Part shown: positions 14,910-24,126 of the stretch, one piece after another | Layout of the letters: each line of letters opens with the position of its first letter | Position numbering within the stretch: the stretch's first letter is position 1 | Source of the DNA: Candidatus Pacearchaeota archaeon | Lineage (GTDB): Bacteria; Patescibacteriota; Minisyncoccia; Minisyncoccales; Minisyncoccaceae | Length of the DNA: 38,931 nucleotides | Assembly: GCA_035421265.1 (NCBI GenBank) | Contig: DAOLWP010000002.1 | Coordinates: 1 to 38,931 of the forward strand | Direction: 5' to 3' | Translations under genes and position numbers: made by a program | Notes under the pieces: generated by a model | What the model was told of the DNA's origin: nothing | The model's input: the letters and a program-made list of their open reading frames with translations, nothing else | Databases searched by the model: none

Positions 14910-16520
14910 ATGAATGCGCGTCAATATCTTACTAAAATAAGCCGAGAGGCTATTATAAAATTGTATCCCGAGTGGATAACTCAGAATAGTTCTAAGGAAT
15001 TAAAGGGAGTGCCAATTTTAAAGCCAAAAGAAAAATCTTTTGGCGATTATTCTATAGGAATAGCAATGCAAATTGCGAAAGAGCGGAAACAAAATCCAGA
15101 ACAAGTGGCCGAAGACCTTAAAGAAGCCTTATCAAAAGATGATGAATTTTTTGATTATTTTGATTTAGCGCAAGTTGTTGCCCCCGGTTTTATTAATTTT
15201 TATTTATCCAAACAATACTTATGGAAAATTGGTCAAGAAGTTTTAAGAAGGGGTAGTCACTTTGGAAATTTAAATATTGGGGAAAAACAAAAAATTCAAG
15301 TAGAGTTTGTCTCTGCTAATCCTACTGGTCCCTTAACTATTGGAAATGGGCGAGGCGGACCTTATGGAGATGTTCTGGCTAACATTTTTCAAAAAGCGGG
15401 CTATCAAGTTAGAAAAGCTTATTATATCAATGATTATGGCAACCAAATTTTAGCTTTAGGCCATTCAGTTTTAAAGGACAACGAAGCTAAGTATACTGGT
15501 GAATATATTGATAAATTACATCAAGAATTATCTTATTATAATGGCGATGCATATAAAATAGGAAAGCGCGCTGCCAAAATAATTTTAGAGAAAAGCATTA
15601 AGCCAACTCTTAAAAAACTAAATATTCAGTTTGATGAATGGTTTTCCGAAACAACTCTTTATAAAACAAAAGAAGTTGATAAAACAATTGCTTTATTAAA
15701 ACAAAAAGGATTTTTATATGAAAAAGACGGGGCAACTTGGTTTAAATCCACTGAGTTTGGCGATGAGAGAGATAGAGTAATTATAAAATCTGATGGGACA
15801 AAAACTTATTTAGCCGGAGATATTGCTTACCATTATTATAAGTTTAAAAAACAAAAATTTAATAAAGTAATAGATATTTGGGGAGCCGACCATTTTGGAG
15901 ATGTGCCGGGCTTAAGGGCTGGGGTAGAAGCTTTAGGCTATCAAGGAAAATTAGAAATCATTCTTTTACAATTTGTAACTATAATGAAAGATGGGAAGCC
16001 TATGAAAATGTCTAAACGATTAGGAACGGCAATTACCTTAGATGATTTGTTAGATGAATTGCCAGCAGATGTTATTAGATTTTTCTTTTTGGAGAAAAGT
16101 TCAGATACTCATTTAAATTTTGATATGAATTTAGCCAAAGAGCAATCAGAAAAAAACCCAGTTTATTATATTCAATATGCTTACGCAAGAATTAATAGTC
16201 TTTTAAGCAAAAATAATGGGAAATTAAAAAATGCCAAAGAGTTGAGCCCCTTAACCAAATCAAAAGAATTAGATTTATTAAAACAAATTAGCTATTTTCC
16301 AGAAATAATTGAAGACATTGCTAAAGACAAACAGGTTCAGCATTTAACGCAATATGTACTTGATTTAGCGGCAACTTTTCATATTTTTTATAATGATTGT
16401 TATGTTTTAGTAGATGATGAGCCATTAAGACAGGCAAGGTTAAGTTTAGTAAAAGCCACTCAGATTGTCTTAAAAAATACTTTAGATATTTTAGGTATTT
16501 CCGCGCCTAAAAAAATGTAA
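14910..16520 (+). CDS. argS: Arginine--tRNA ligase
   Basis: Class I signature FVSANPTGPLTIGNGRGG, an MSKR variant (KMSKRLG), and a C-terminal DALR anticodon-binding domain (YIQYAYARI). Confidence 0.95.
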   Translation: MNARQYLTKISREAIIKLYPEWITQNSSKELKGVPILKPKEKSFGDYSIGIAMQIAKERKQNPEQVAEDLKEALSKDDEFFDYFDLAQVVAPGFINFYLSKQYLWKIGQEVLRRGSHFGNLNIGEKQKIQVEFVSANPTGPLTIGNGRGGPYGDVLANIFQKAGYQVRKAYYINDYGNQILALGHSVLKDNEAKYTGEYIDKLHQELSYYNGDAYKIGKRAAKIILEKSIKPTLKKLNIQFDEWFSETTLYKTKEVDKTIALLKQKGFLYEKDGATWFKSTEFGDERDRVIIKSDGTKTYLAGDIAYHYYKFKKQKFNKVIDIWGADHFGDVPGLRAGVEALGYQGKLEIILLQFVTIMKDGKPMKMSKRLGTAITLDDLLDELPADVIRFFFLEKSSDTHLNFDMNLAKEQSEKNPVYYIQYAYARINSLLSKNNGKLKNAKELSPLTKSKELDLLKQISYFPEIIEDIAKDKQVQHLTQYVLDLAATFHIFYNDCYVLVDDEPLRQARLSLVKATQIVLKNTLDILGISAPKKM

Positions 16521-16531
16521 AATAAAAGTTT

Positions 16532-16783
16532 ATGAAAACTTTTCAGGAAAAAGTGTTAGCAATTGTTAAAAAAATACCTAAAGGCAGGACATTAACTTAT
16601 AGAGAGGTGGCTAAACGAGCCGGAAGTCCGGGGGCTTATCGGGCAGTGGGCAATATCTTAAGCAAAAATTATGACCCCAAGATATTTTGCCATCGGGTTA
16701 TTAGAAGCGATGGAAAAATTGGCGGATATAATCGCGGAGTTAAGAAAAAAATAAAATTATTAAAGCAAGAAAAGTTTTTGTAG
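16532..16783 (+). CDS. Stand-alone MGMT/Ogt-type DNA-binding (C-terminal) domain protein with the active-site Cys retained
   Basis: IPKGRTLTYREVA..AG.P.AYRAVGN.L..N...I.CHRVIRSDG.IGGY is the PCHRV-like motif, present here as FCHRV. At 83 aa it lacks the N-terminal Ogt domain. Confidence 0.75.
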   Translation: MKTFQEKVLAIVKKIPKGRTLTYREVAKRAGSPGAYRAVGNILSKNYDPKIFCHRVIRSDGKIGGYNRGVKKKIKLLKQEKFL

Positions 16784-16846
16784 GGTATTTTAAAAGATAA
16801 TATAATTGCTTAAAATTTAGGAAAATGTTAATTTATTAATATAAAT

Positions 16847-17434
16847 ATGAGCTTAAAATTAAAAAATAATTATTTTTTGTTAAGGCATGGAAAAAATATT
16901 CACCAGACTGTAAAGAAGGATATTGTTTATGAGTGGCCAGACGATCCAGAACCATGCGTTCTTTTAGAAGAAGGAAAAGCAGAAGCTGAGGCAGCTGGTT
17001 ATGTATTAAAAAACCAAAATATTAATTTAATTTTTTGTTCGGATATATGCCGAACCAAACAGACCGCTGAGATTGTGGCAGAAATTATTGGTTTTTCTAA
17101 AAATAAAATAATTTACGACGCACGCTTAAGAGATATAAATTGGGGAATTTTAGGAGGTAAAACAAAAAAACAAGCTTGGGAATTTTTTAATGGAGATCCT
17201 TTAAGAAAATTTGAACAAGCTGTACCCCAAGGAGAAAGCTGGAATGATTGTCAAAGCAGGATGCTTAATCTTTTAACTGAAATAGAAAATAAATATGCGG
17301 GCAATAATATTTTAATAGTTTCGCATGGAGACCCTTTATGGCTTTTGGAATGTTATTTTAAGGGATTAAATTATGAAGAAGCATTAAAATATAGAGAAAG
17401 ATTAATTAAAACTGGAGAAGTAAGAAAATTATGA
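16847..17434 (+). CDS. Histidine phosphatase family protein (phosphoglycerate mutase-like)
   Basis: An RHG motif (LLRHGKN) at the N-terminus, a downstream SD..RT.QTAE block and a VSHG motif (IVSHGDPL). Confidence 0.8.
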   Translation: MSLKLKNNYFLLRHGKNIHQTVKKDIVYEWPDDPEPCVLLEEGKAEAEAAGYVLKNQNINLIFCSDICRTKQTAEIVAEIIGFSKNKIIYDARLRDINWGILGGKTKKQAWEFFNGDPLRKFEQAVPQGESWNDCQSRMLNLLTEIENKYAGNNILIVSHGDPLWLLECYFKGLNYEEALKYRERLIKTGEVRKL

Positions 17435-20289
17435 ATAATGAAGAAAAAATATTAGAATTTTGGGATAAGCAAGATATATTTCATAAATCTATTAAAAATA
17501 GGGAAGGAGCGCCATTCTTTAGTTTTTATGATGGACCGCCTTTTGCCACTGGCAAACCTCATTATGGTCATATTTTGACAACCACATTAAAAGATGCGGT
17601 TTTGCGCTATTGGACCATGAAGGGCTATCAAGTCCCGCGCCGAGTGGGGTGGGATTGTCATGGTTTGCCAGTTGAAAATTTGATTGAGAAGCAGTTAGAC
17701 ATTAAAAACAAAAAACAAATCGAAGAATTAGGTATTGAAAAATTTAATGAATCCTGCCGAGCGTCTGTTTTTACTTGTGTGGCTGATTTTGAGAAAACAT
17801 TAAAGAGAGTAGGGCGTTGGGCTGATTATGACCAAGCCTATGCTACTTTAGAAAATAATTATATTGAATCAGTTTGGTGGGTGTTAAAACAGCTTTGGGA
17901 TAAAAATTTAGTTAAAAAAAATTATCGGGTTTCTCCTTATTGTCCTCGTTGCGGGACAACTTTATCAAATTTTGAAGTTAATCAAGGATATAAAGAAACA
18001 AAAGACGTTTCTATTTATGTAAAATTTAAGATTAGTGATGAAAAATTTAAGGATGCTAATTTTTTAGTTTGGACTACTACCCCTTGGACCCTGCCAGGCA
18101 ATGTTGCTTTAGCTGTTAATCCAAAATTGACTTATTGTTTAGTGAAAAATAATAATGAATTATATGTTTTAGCTAAACCTCGCTTAAATGTATTAGAAGG
18201 AGAATTTGAAATTATAAAAGAAATATTAGGTCAAGAGCTGATAGGAACAAAATATGAGCCTATATTTTTTGATTTAATAGAAGCCAAACCAGAAAATATT
18301 GAAAATGCGTTTCAAGTTTTAGAAGGAGATTTTGTGACTGCCGAAGATGGAACCGGAGTTGTCCATATTAATCCTATGCACGGAGAAGATGATTTTAATT
18401 TAGGAGCAAAATATAAATTGCCGACCTATCATTTAATTGATGAAATGGGGAAGTTTAAATTAGAGGTTAAAAATTATGGAGGTGAGTTTGTTAAAGAAGC
18501 GGACAAAAAAATTTTAGAAGACCTAAAAGAACAGCATATTTTTTATAAACAAGAATTAGTTACGCACGAATATCCATATTGTTGGCGGTGCGATACTCCC
18601 TTAATTTATTATGCGATTGAAAGTTGGTATATTTTAGTGACTGAATTTAAAGACAAGCTTATTAGCAATAATCAAAAAATTCATTGGGTGCCAGCCCATA
18701 TTAGAGAAGGAAGATTTGGAAAATGGTTAGAAGGAGCGCGAGATTGGAATTTTGCAAGAGAAAGATTTTGGGGCGCCCCCATTCCAATTTGGGAATGTGG
18801 AGAGTGTGGGAGAAAAGTTTGTATAGGCAGTTTAGCTGAATTAAAACAATTAGCAGCTCAAGAATATGACTTAAAAGATTTGCATCGTCCTTATATTGAT
18901 GAGGTAAAATTAAAATGCCAATGCGGCAGTGGAATGAAGCGGGTTTTGAGCGTATTTGATTGTTGGTTTGAATCAGGGTCTATGCCGTATGCTCAATGGC
19001 ATTATCCGTTTGAGAATAAAGAATTAGTGGAAAAAACTTATCCCGCTGATTTTATTGCGGAAGGATTAGACCAAACACGAGGTTGGTTTTATACTCTTCA
19101 TGTAATTGCTGCAGCCTTAACATTAGACGATATTGGTCTTGGCAAAGACAATCCTGCCTTTAAGAATGTAATTGTTAATGGATTAGTTTTAGATGCTCAA
19201 GGACGCAAACTTTCCAAAAAATTAAAAAATTATCCTGATGTAACAGATATATTTTTAAAATACGGAGCTGATGCTTTGCGATATTTTTTATTGGCTTCTA
19301 CCAATATTGGAGAAGAATATAGATTTTCTGAAGACAAAGTTAAAGATGTTTGGCGTCAAGTTATTTCCGGTCTTGAAAACTGTTTCATTTTTTACAACAC
19401 TTATAAAAATGAGTTTACTTGGACAGGACTAAAAGATTCTAAAAATATTTTAGACCAATGGATTTTAAGTAGAATTGAAAAAACAAACAAAGAAGTTGAT
19501 AAATGGATGAGTCAATATGAGTTAACCAAAGCAGCTAGACCAATAGGAGAGTTTATAGAAGAATTATCTAATTGGTATATTCGTCGTTCTCGCCGTCGTT
19601 TTCAAAAGCCAAAAGACATAGCTGAAAAGGAAGAGGCTTTGGCGACCTTATATTATGTTTTAATGAAATTTGTTAAATTGTCTGCTCCTTTTATTCCATT
19701 TTTAACAGAATATATTTATCAAGCCCTAAAAACAGAAAATGATTTAGAAAGCGTTCATCTATGTGACTATCCTCAAGCTGATGAAAATTTTATTAACGAA
19801 AATTTAGAAAAACAAATGGAAGATATTCGCGCCATTGTCAATTTAGCTTTAGCGGAAAGACAAAAATTAGGAATTAAAGTTAGACAGCCGTTATCAGAAT
19901 TAAAGATAAAAAATAAAGATTTAAACATAGACCTTCTTCCATTAATTGAAGATGAAATAAATGTTAAAAAAATAATTTTTGATCCTTTTCTTGAAAATAA
20001 AATTTGGTTAAATCCAATGCTTACAGAAGAATTAAAAGAAGAAGGGCTGGTTAGGGAATTGGTTAGGCAAATTCAGCAAATACGCAAAGAGATGAAATTA
20101 GTGCCAGCTCAAAGAATTGTAATCTACTATCAAAAATCTGATTTTTTTGATAAGATAATATTACGAAATAAAAAAATTATTTTGAATGAAGTTTTGGGTG
20201 ATGATATAATAATTGAATCAGAAGTTAAGGGAGGGGTAAAACTAAGCTTAGATGGTCAAGATATTTTTTTGAGTATTAGAAAAATATAA
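17431..20289 (+). CDS. ileS: Isoleucine--tRNA ligase, type 2 (eukaryote/archaea-like)
   Basis: YDGPPFATGKPHYGHIL HIGH region, an editing CP1 domain, a KMSKS variant KLSKKLKNY and a WCISR-like EGLDQTRGWFY block. Its ATG overlaps the upstream stop (ATGA at 17431-17434). Confidence 0.93.
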   Translation: MNNEEKILEFWDKQDIFHKSIKNREGAPFFSFYDGPPFATGKPHYGHILTTTLKDAVLRYWTMKGYQVPRRVGWDCHGLPVENLIEKQLDIKNKKQIEELGIEKFNESCRASVFTCVADFEKTLKRVGRWADYDQAYATLENNYIESVWWVLKQLWDKNLVKKNYRVSPYCPRCGTTLSNFEVNQGYKETKDVSIYVKFKISDEKFKDANFLVWTTTPWTLPGNVALAVNPKLTYCLVKNNNELYVLAKPRLNVLEGEFEIIKEILGQELIGTKYEPIFFDLIEAKPENIENAFQVLEGDFVTAEDGTGVVHINPMHGEDDFNLGAKYKLPTYHLIDEMGKFKLEVKNYGGEFVKEADKKILEDLKEQHIFYKQELVTHEYPYCWRCDTPLIYYAIESWYILVTEFKDKLISNNQKIHWVPAHIREGRFGKWLEGARDWNFARERFWGAPIPIWECGECGRKVCIGSLAELKQLAAQEYDLKDLHRPYIDEVKLKCQCGSGMKRVLSVFDCWFESGSMPYAQWHYPFENKELVEKTYPADFIAEGLDQTRGWFYTLHVIAAALTLDDIGLGKDNPAFKNVIVNGLVLDAQGRKLSKKLKNYPDVTDIFLKYGADALRYFLLASTNIGEEYRFSEDKVKDVWRQVISGLENCFIFYNTYKNEFTWTGLKDSKNILDQWILSRIEKTNKEVDKWMSQYELTKAARPIGEFIEELSNWYIRRSRRRFQKPKDIAEKEEALATLYYVLMKFVKLSAPFIPFLTEYIYQALKTENDLESVHLCDYPQADENFINENLEKQMEDIRAIVNLALAERQKLGIKVRQPLSELKIKNKDLNIDLLPLIEDEINVKKIIFDPFLENKIWLNPMLTEELKEEGLVRELVRQIQQIRKEMKLVPAQRIVIYYQKSDFFDKIILRNKKIILNEVLGDDIIIESEVKGGVKLSLDGQDIFLSIRKI

Positions 20290-20308
20290 AAATTTTTAAT
20301 TTAATTTT

Positions 20309-20620
20309 ATGGAATTTCAAACACCGATTGAAAAACCGGGAGCAAAACAAAATTTTTCCGCTGCCTCAAAGCCGTGGTCAAAGAAAACTCATTCTGAAAA
20401 AGATTTAATTAAACAGCCAAAACAAGACTCATTAAAAAATATTGGAGAGTGGCGGCAAAGAGTTCCGAGCAGCAATCAGCAAAGAGACCCTCTAAAAAAT
20501 AAAAAATCAAAACAAAATTTAGCTGCTCTGAAAGAAAGAGCTCTTTTCAAAGACAAAAAAGAGCTTTTGAAAGAGCAGGAGCGTCTTAAATTCTATAAAG
20601 TTAAATTTTTAAAAAAATGA
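20309..20620 (+). CDS. Hypothetical basic, low-complexity protein
   Basis: 103 aa, Lys/Gln/Ser-rich, with no TM segment and no recognisable motif. Its stop overlaps the next ATG (ATGA). Confidence 0.35.
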   Translation: MEFQTPIEKPGAKQNFSAASKPWSKKTHSEKDLIKQPKQDSLKNIGEWRQRVPSSNQQRDPLKNKKSKQNLAALKERALFKDKKELLKEQERLKFYKVKFLKK

Positions 20621-22236
20621 GCCGAAAAACTATTTTTATATTAATTTTTTTCATTATCATCGCCGCGATTTTGGGTTTTACTTGGTTCCAAATGTCTTAT
20701 TCTAAAGAAGTTTTGAAATTGGAAATTTTGGGTCCTAGTAAGGCCGATACCGGCGAAAGCATTACTTATACTGTTAAATTTAAGAATAATGGCAATGTTC
20801 GTTTAGAAAATCCAGAATTGTATTTTACTTTTCCTGATGGAGCAATTACCGAGAATGGACAAAAAGTGGTGCGCTTAGATTCAACAGCCCTGAAAGGGGA
20901 TATTTATCCGGGCGAAGAAAGGTCTTTTCAATTTAAGGCGCGCTTAATGGGACGGACCAACGAAATTAAAGAAGCCCAAGCAAGAATGACTTTTCAACCG
21001 TCTGGATTAAAAACTAAAAACGAAGTTAAAACTAGTTTTACAATTATTTTAGGCAATGTGCCGATAAGTTTAAATATTCAAATGCCTGACCAAGTGGCTA
21101 ACAATAAAGTGTTTACAATTAATATTAATTATACTTCCAATGTTTCTTATCCCTTGAATGATTTAACTATCAAAGTGCAACTGCCGCCCGAATTTACTCT
21201 GGTTAGTCAAAAACCAAAAGGCATAGATAATGAATGGAATATCCCGGTTTTAAACGAAATGAGCGGTGGCAATATTCAGTTGATTGGTTCATTATCGGGT
21301 CAAGATAAAGATAAAAAAGTTTTTAAGGCTGAATTAGGTATATGGCAAAATGGTAATTTTGTGTCCCTTAAAGAAGCAGTAAGAAATGTAGAAATTATTG
21401 CTCCCTCTATTTATTTATCTCAAACAATTAATAATAGCGATGCTTATGCAGCTAGTCCAGGCGACCAATTACATTATCAAATTTTATTTACCAATATCGG
21501 TCAAGATGCTCTTAAAGACATTGTTCTTATTAGCCGTTTAAGCGGTAATTATCTTGATTTAAATTCTGTTAGAGTGCCAATTGGAAACTATCAACAAGGA
21601 GATAATTCAATAATTTGGGACAGCTCTCAAATTCCTGAATTAAATTATTTAGCTCCGGGGCAAACTGGAAAAGTTGAATTTTGGGTAAATGTTAATAAAC
21701 GCTGGGCTATAAACAGCCAAGCCGATATTAACCCAGTTATTAAAAATACTGTTACAATTGGACAAAATACACAGGAATTTATTACAAAAATTAATTCTTC
21801 TTTAGTGGCTGAGCAAAAAATATATAATGAAAGTAAATATTTTATCAATTCTGGCCCTTATCCTTTGAAAGTTGGTCAAAAAACTTATTTAACCGTAGAA
21901 TGGACAGCTAAAAATTATTATAACGATATGGAGGGCGTGATTATGAAAGCAGTTTTGTCGCCCAATGTTAATTTTGAAAATAAAATTTATCCAGAAGATA
22001 TGAAAATTAGCTATGATGCTGGCACACAGGAGGTGACTTGTACTATTGGGTCATTAAAGGCTGGCGCTGGATTTTTGTCTGAAGCTTCCAAGTGTGCGTT
22101 TCAAGTTTCTATTATCCCTGAATTAAATGAAGATGCCTTAATTACCGGAGCCTTAGAAATAACCGGCAATGATCAATGGACCGGCAAACAAATAAGCGCT
22201 CAAACCGAGCCAAGTTATGTTCCGGTTTTTGAATAA
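20617..22236 (+). CDS. Hypothetical signal-anchored surface protein with DUF11/CARDB-like beta-sandwich repeats
   Basis: After an N-terminal TM helix come repeated segments of the type G(E/D).(I/L).Y.(V/I).F.N.G...L.(N/D), for example GESITYTVKFKNNGNVRLEN and GDQLHYQILFTNIGQDALKD. Confidence 0.4.
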   Translation: MSRKTIFILIFFIIIAAILGFTWFQMSYSKEVLKLEILGPSKADTGESITYTVKFKNNGNVRLENPELYFTFPDGAITENGQKVVRLDSTALKGDIYPGEERSFQFKARLMGRTNEIKEAQARMTFQPSGLKTKNEVKTSFTIILGNVPISLNIQMPDQVANNKVFTININYTSNVSYPLNDLTIKVQLPPEFTLVSQKPKGIDNEWNIPVLNEMSGGNIQLIGSLSGQDKDKKVFKAELGIWQNGNFVSLKEAVRNVEIIAPSIYLSQTINNSDAYAASPGDQLHYQILFTNIGQDALKDIVLISRLSGNYLDLNSVRVPIGNYQQGDNSIIWDSSQIPELNYLAPGQTGKVEFWVNVNKRWAINSQADINPVIKNTVTIGQNTQEFITKINSSLVAEQKIYNESKYFINSGPYPLKVGQKTYLTVEWTAKNYYNDMEGVIMKAVLSPNVNFENKIYPEDMKISYDAGTQEVTCTIGSLKAGAGFLSEASKCAFQVSIIPELNEDALITGALEITGNDQWTGKQISAQTEPSYVPVFE

Positions 22237-22244
22237 TTAATAAA

Positions 22245-22658
22245 GTGAAATTTTCATATTCAACCAAAACACTTTTTTTTCGTTCTCTGTCGGCAATAAT
22301 TGTTTTTGGATTATCTTTTTCCATACCAATTTTTATTTTTCAGCAATTAAAAATTTCTGCTTATAATACAATTATTCAACAGAATATGGAATCATTTAAA
22401 AATTGGGCGATGATTTATAATATAAAAAAAAATACCTATCAAGGACTTTTAACTGACATTAACATAATTAAAGAACAAGAAGAGATTAAAAAAATAGGAA
22501 GCAAAATTGATATTTATATTGATTCTAATGGTCAAAGTTATTGCGCTAAAACTAACTTTATTGGCCTTTCAAAAAATAAAATATATTGTGTAGATTCTTT
22601 TGGATACTCTGGTTACGATGGCTATTGCGGCAGTTTAGATATTCCAAAATGTAAATAA
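22245..22658 (+). CDS. Hypothetical small membrane-anchored/secreted Cys-containing protein (GTG start)
   Basis: 137 aa with one N-terminal hydrophobic helix and four Cys in the C-terminal third. No in-frame ATG lies near the N-terminus, so a GTG start at 22245 is implied. Confidence 0.3.
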   Translation: MKFSYSTKTLFFRSLSAIIVFGLSFSIPIFIFQQLKISAYNTIIQQNMESFKNWAMIYNIKKNTYQGLLTDINIIKEQEEIKKIGSKIDIYIDSNGQSYCAKTNFIGLSKNKIYCVDSFGYSGYDGYCGSLDIPKCK

Positions 22659-22666
22659 ATTTTAAG

Positions 22667-22694
22667 TTGCGAAAGAGAGTAAATATGCTAAAAT
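22667..22694 (+). promoter_or_regulatory. Candidate promoter for glyQS (TTGCGA, 16 nt spacer, TAAAAT with upstream TG)
   Basis: TTGCGA lies at 22667-22672 and TGCTAAAAT ends at 22694, 45 nt upstream of the ATG. Confidence 0.35.
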
Positions 22695-22739
22695 CAAGAC
22701 AGGGTTTGATGTTTCATAAAAGTTTAATATTATAAAATT

Positions 22740-24125
22740 ATGGAAGAAAATTTAGACAAAATTGTTTCATTTTGCAAGAGAAAGGGCTTCGTATTCCAAT
22801 CTTCAGAAATTTACGGCGGCTTTGCCGCAGTTTATGATTATGGGCCTTATGGCGCTTTATTAAAAAACAATATTCGCGATGCTTGGTTGAAACAAATGCT
22901 TCAATCGCAGAACAATATAGTAGTTTTAGATAGCGCTATTTTTATGCATCCTTTAGCTTGGAAGGCTTCAGGTCATTTAGATAATTTTGACGATCCTCAA
23001 ATAGATTGTAAAAAATGTAAAAATAGAATGCGGGCTGACCAAGTTTTAGAATCTTTTGGCATTAACGCAGACAAGGCTCCTTTAGATTTTATAAATAGCG
23101 AATTAGACAAGCTTAGAAAAGCAGGTAAATTAAAATGTCCGGTTTGTGGTTCTAAAGATATTACTCCAGCTAAAAGATTTTCTTTAATGGTAAAATCTAA
23201 TTTAGGTTCGCCAACCGAATCATTAAATGATTCAGAAGCAGTTTACTTGCGTCCGGAAACTTGTGGGGGCATTTATCTTAATTATAAAAATATTTTAGAT
23301 TCAACAAGAGTAAAAATACCATTTGGAGTAGCGCAAGTAGGCAAGGCTTTTCGCAATGAAATTGTAGCTCGGCAATTTATTTTTAGAACGCGCGAGTTTG
23401 AGCAAATGGAAATGCAATATTTTTTACATCCGAGCCAAATGAAAGAAAAATACGAAGAGTGGAGGAATATCCGTTATCAATGGTATTTAGAATATGGTAT
23501 TGAAGAAAAAGATATTCAATGGCATCGTCACGAAAAATTAGCGCATTATGCGAGCGAAGCTTATGATATTGAGTATGATTTTAAGTGCATAGGAGGATTT
23601 AAGGAGGTGGAAGGAATTCATGCTAGAGGAAATTGGGATTTGTCTCAGCATTCAAAATTTTCAGGAGCAGATTTATCTTACCATGACGAAAATGGTGAAA
23701 AATTTATTCCTCATATTTTAGAAACATCTGCTGGTTTAAATAGGTTTTTCTTAATGTTTATAGATAAAGCTTATACCGAAGAAGCAGTGAATGGGGAAAC
23801 GAGAGTAGTTTTGAAATTAGACCCGCGCTTAGCTCCCATAAAGGCAGCCATTTTCCCGCTTTTGAAAAACAAACTTCAACTTAAAGAAAAAGCTCAAGAA
23901 GTTTATAATCTTTTGAAATTAGAAATGATGTGCGAATATGATGACAGCGGTAATATTGGCAAAAGCTATCGCCGCCAAGACGAAATTGGCACACCTTATT
24001 GTATCACTATTGATTTTGACACATTAGAAGATAATACCGTTACTGTTAGAGACAGAGACACTATGCAGCAAGAAAGGATTAAGATTGATAATTTAGTAAG
24101 TTATTTATTAAAGAATTTGCAATAA
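22740..24125 (+). CDS. glyQS: Glycine--tRNA ligase (alpha2 dimeric type)
   Basis: IYGGFAAVYDYGPYG, motif 2 GKAFRNEI.ARQFIFRTREFEQMEMQYF, a C-terminal anticodon-binding domain and the RRQDEIGTPYCITID block. Confidence 0.95.
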   Translation: MEENLDKIVSFCKRKGFVFQSSEIYGGFAAVYDYGPYGALLKNNIRDAWLKQMLQSQNNIVVLDSAIFMHPLAWKASGHLDNFDDPQIDCKKCKNRMRADQVLESFGINADKAPLDFINSELDKLRKAGKLKCPVCGSKDITPAKRFSLMVKSNLGSPTESLNDSEAVYLRPETCGGIYLNYKNILDSTRVKIPFGVAQVGKAFRNEIVARQFIFRTREFEQMEMQYFLHPSQMKEKYEEWRNIRYQWYLEYGIEEKDIQWHRHEKLAHYASEAYDIEYDFKCIGGFKEVEGIHARGNWDLSQHSKFSGADLSYHDENGEKFIPHILETSAGLNRFFLMFIDKAYTEEAVNGETRVVLKLDPRLAPIKAAIFPLLKNKLQLKEKAQEVYNLLKLEMMCEYDDSGNIGKSYRRQDEIGTPYCITIDFDTLEDNTVTVRDRDTMQQERIKIDNLVSYLLKNLQ

Positions 24126-24126
24126 T

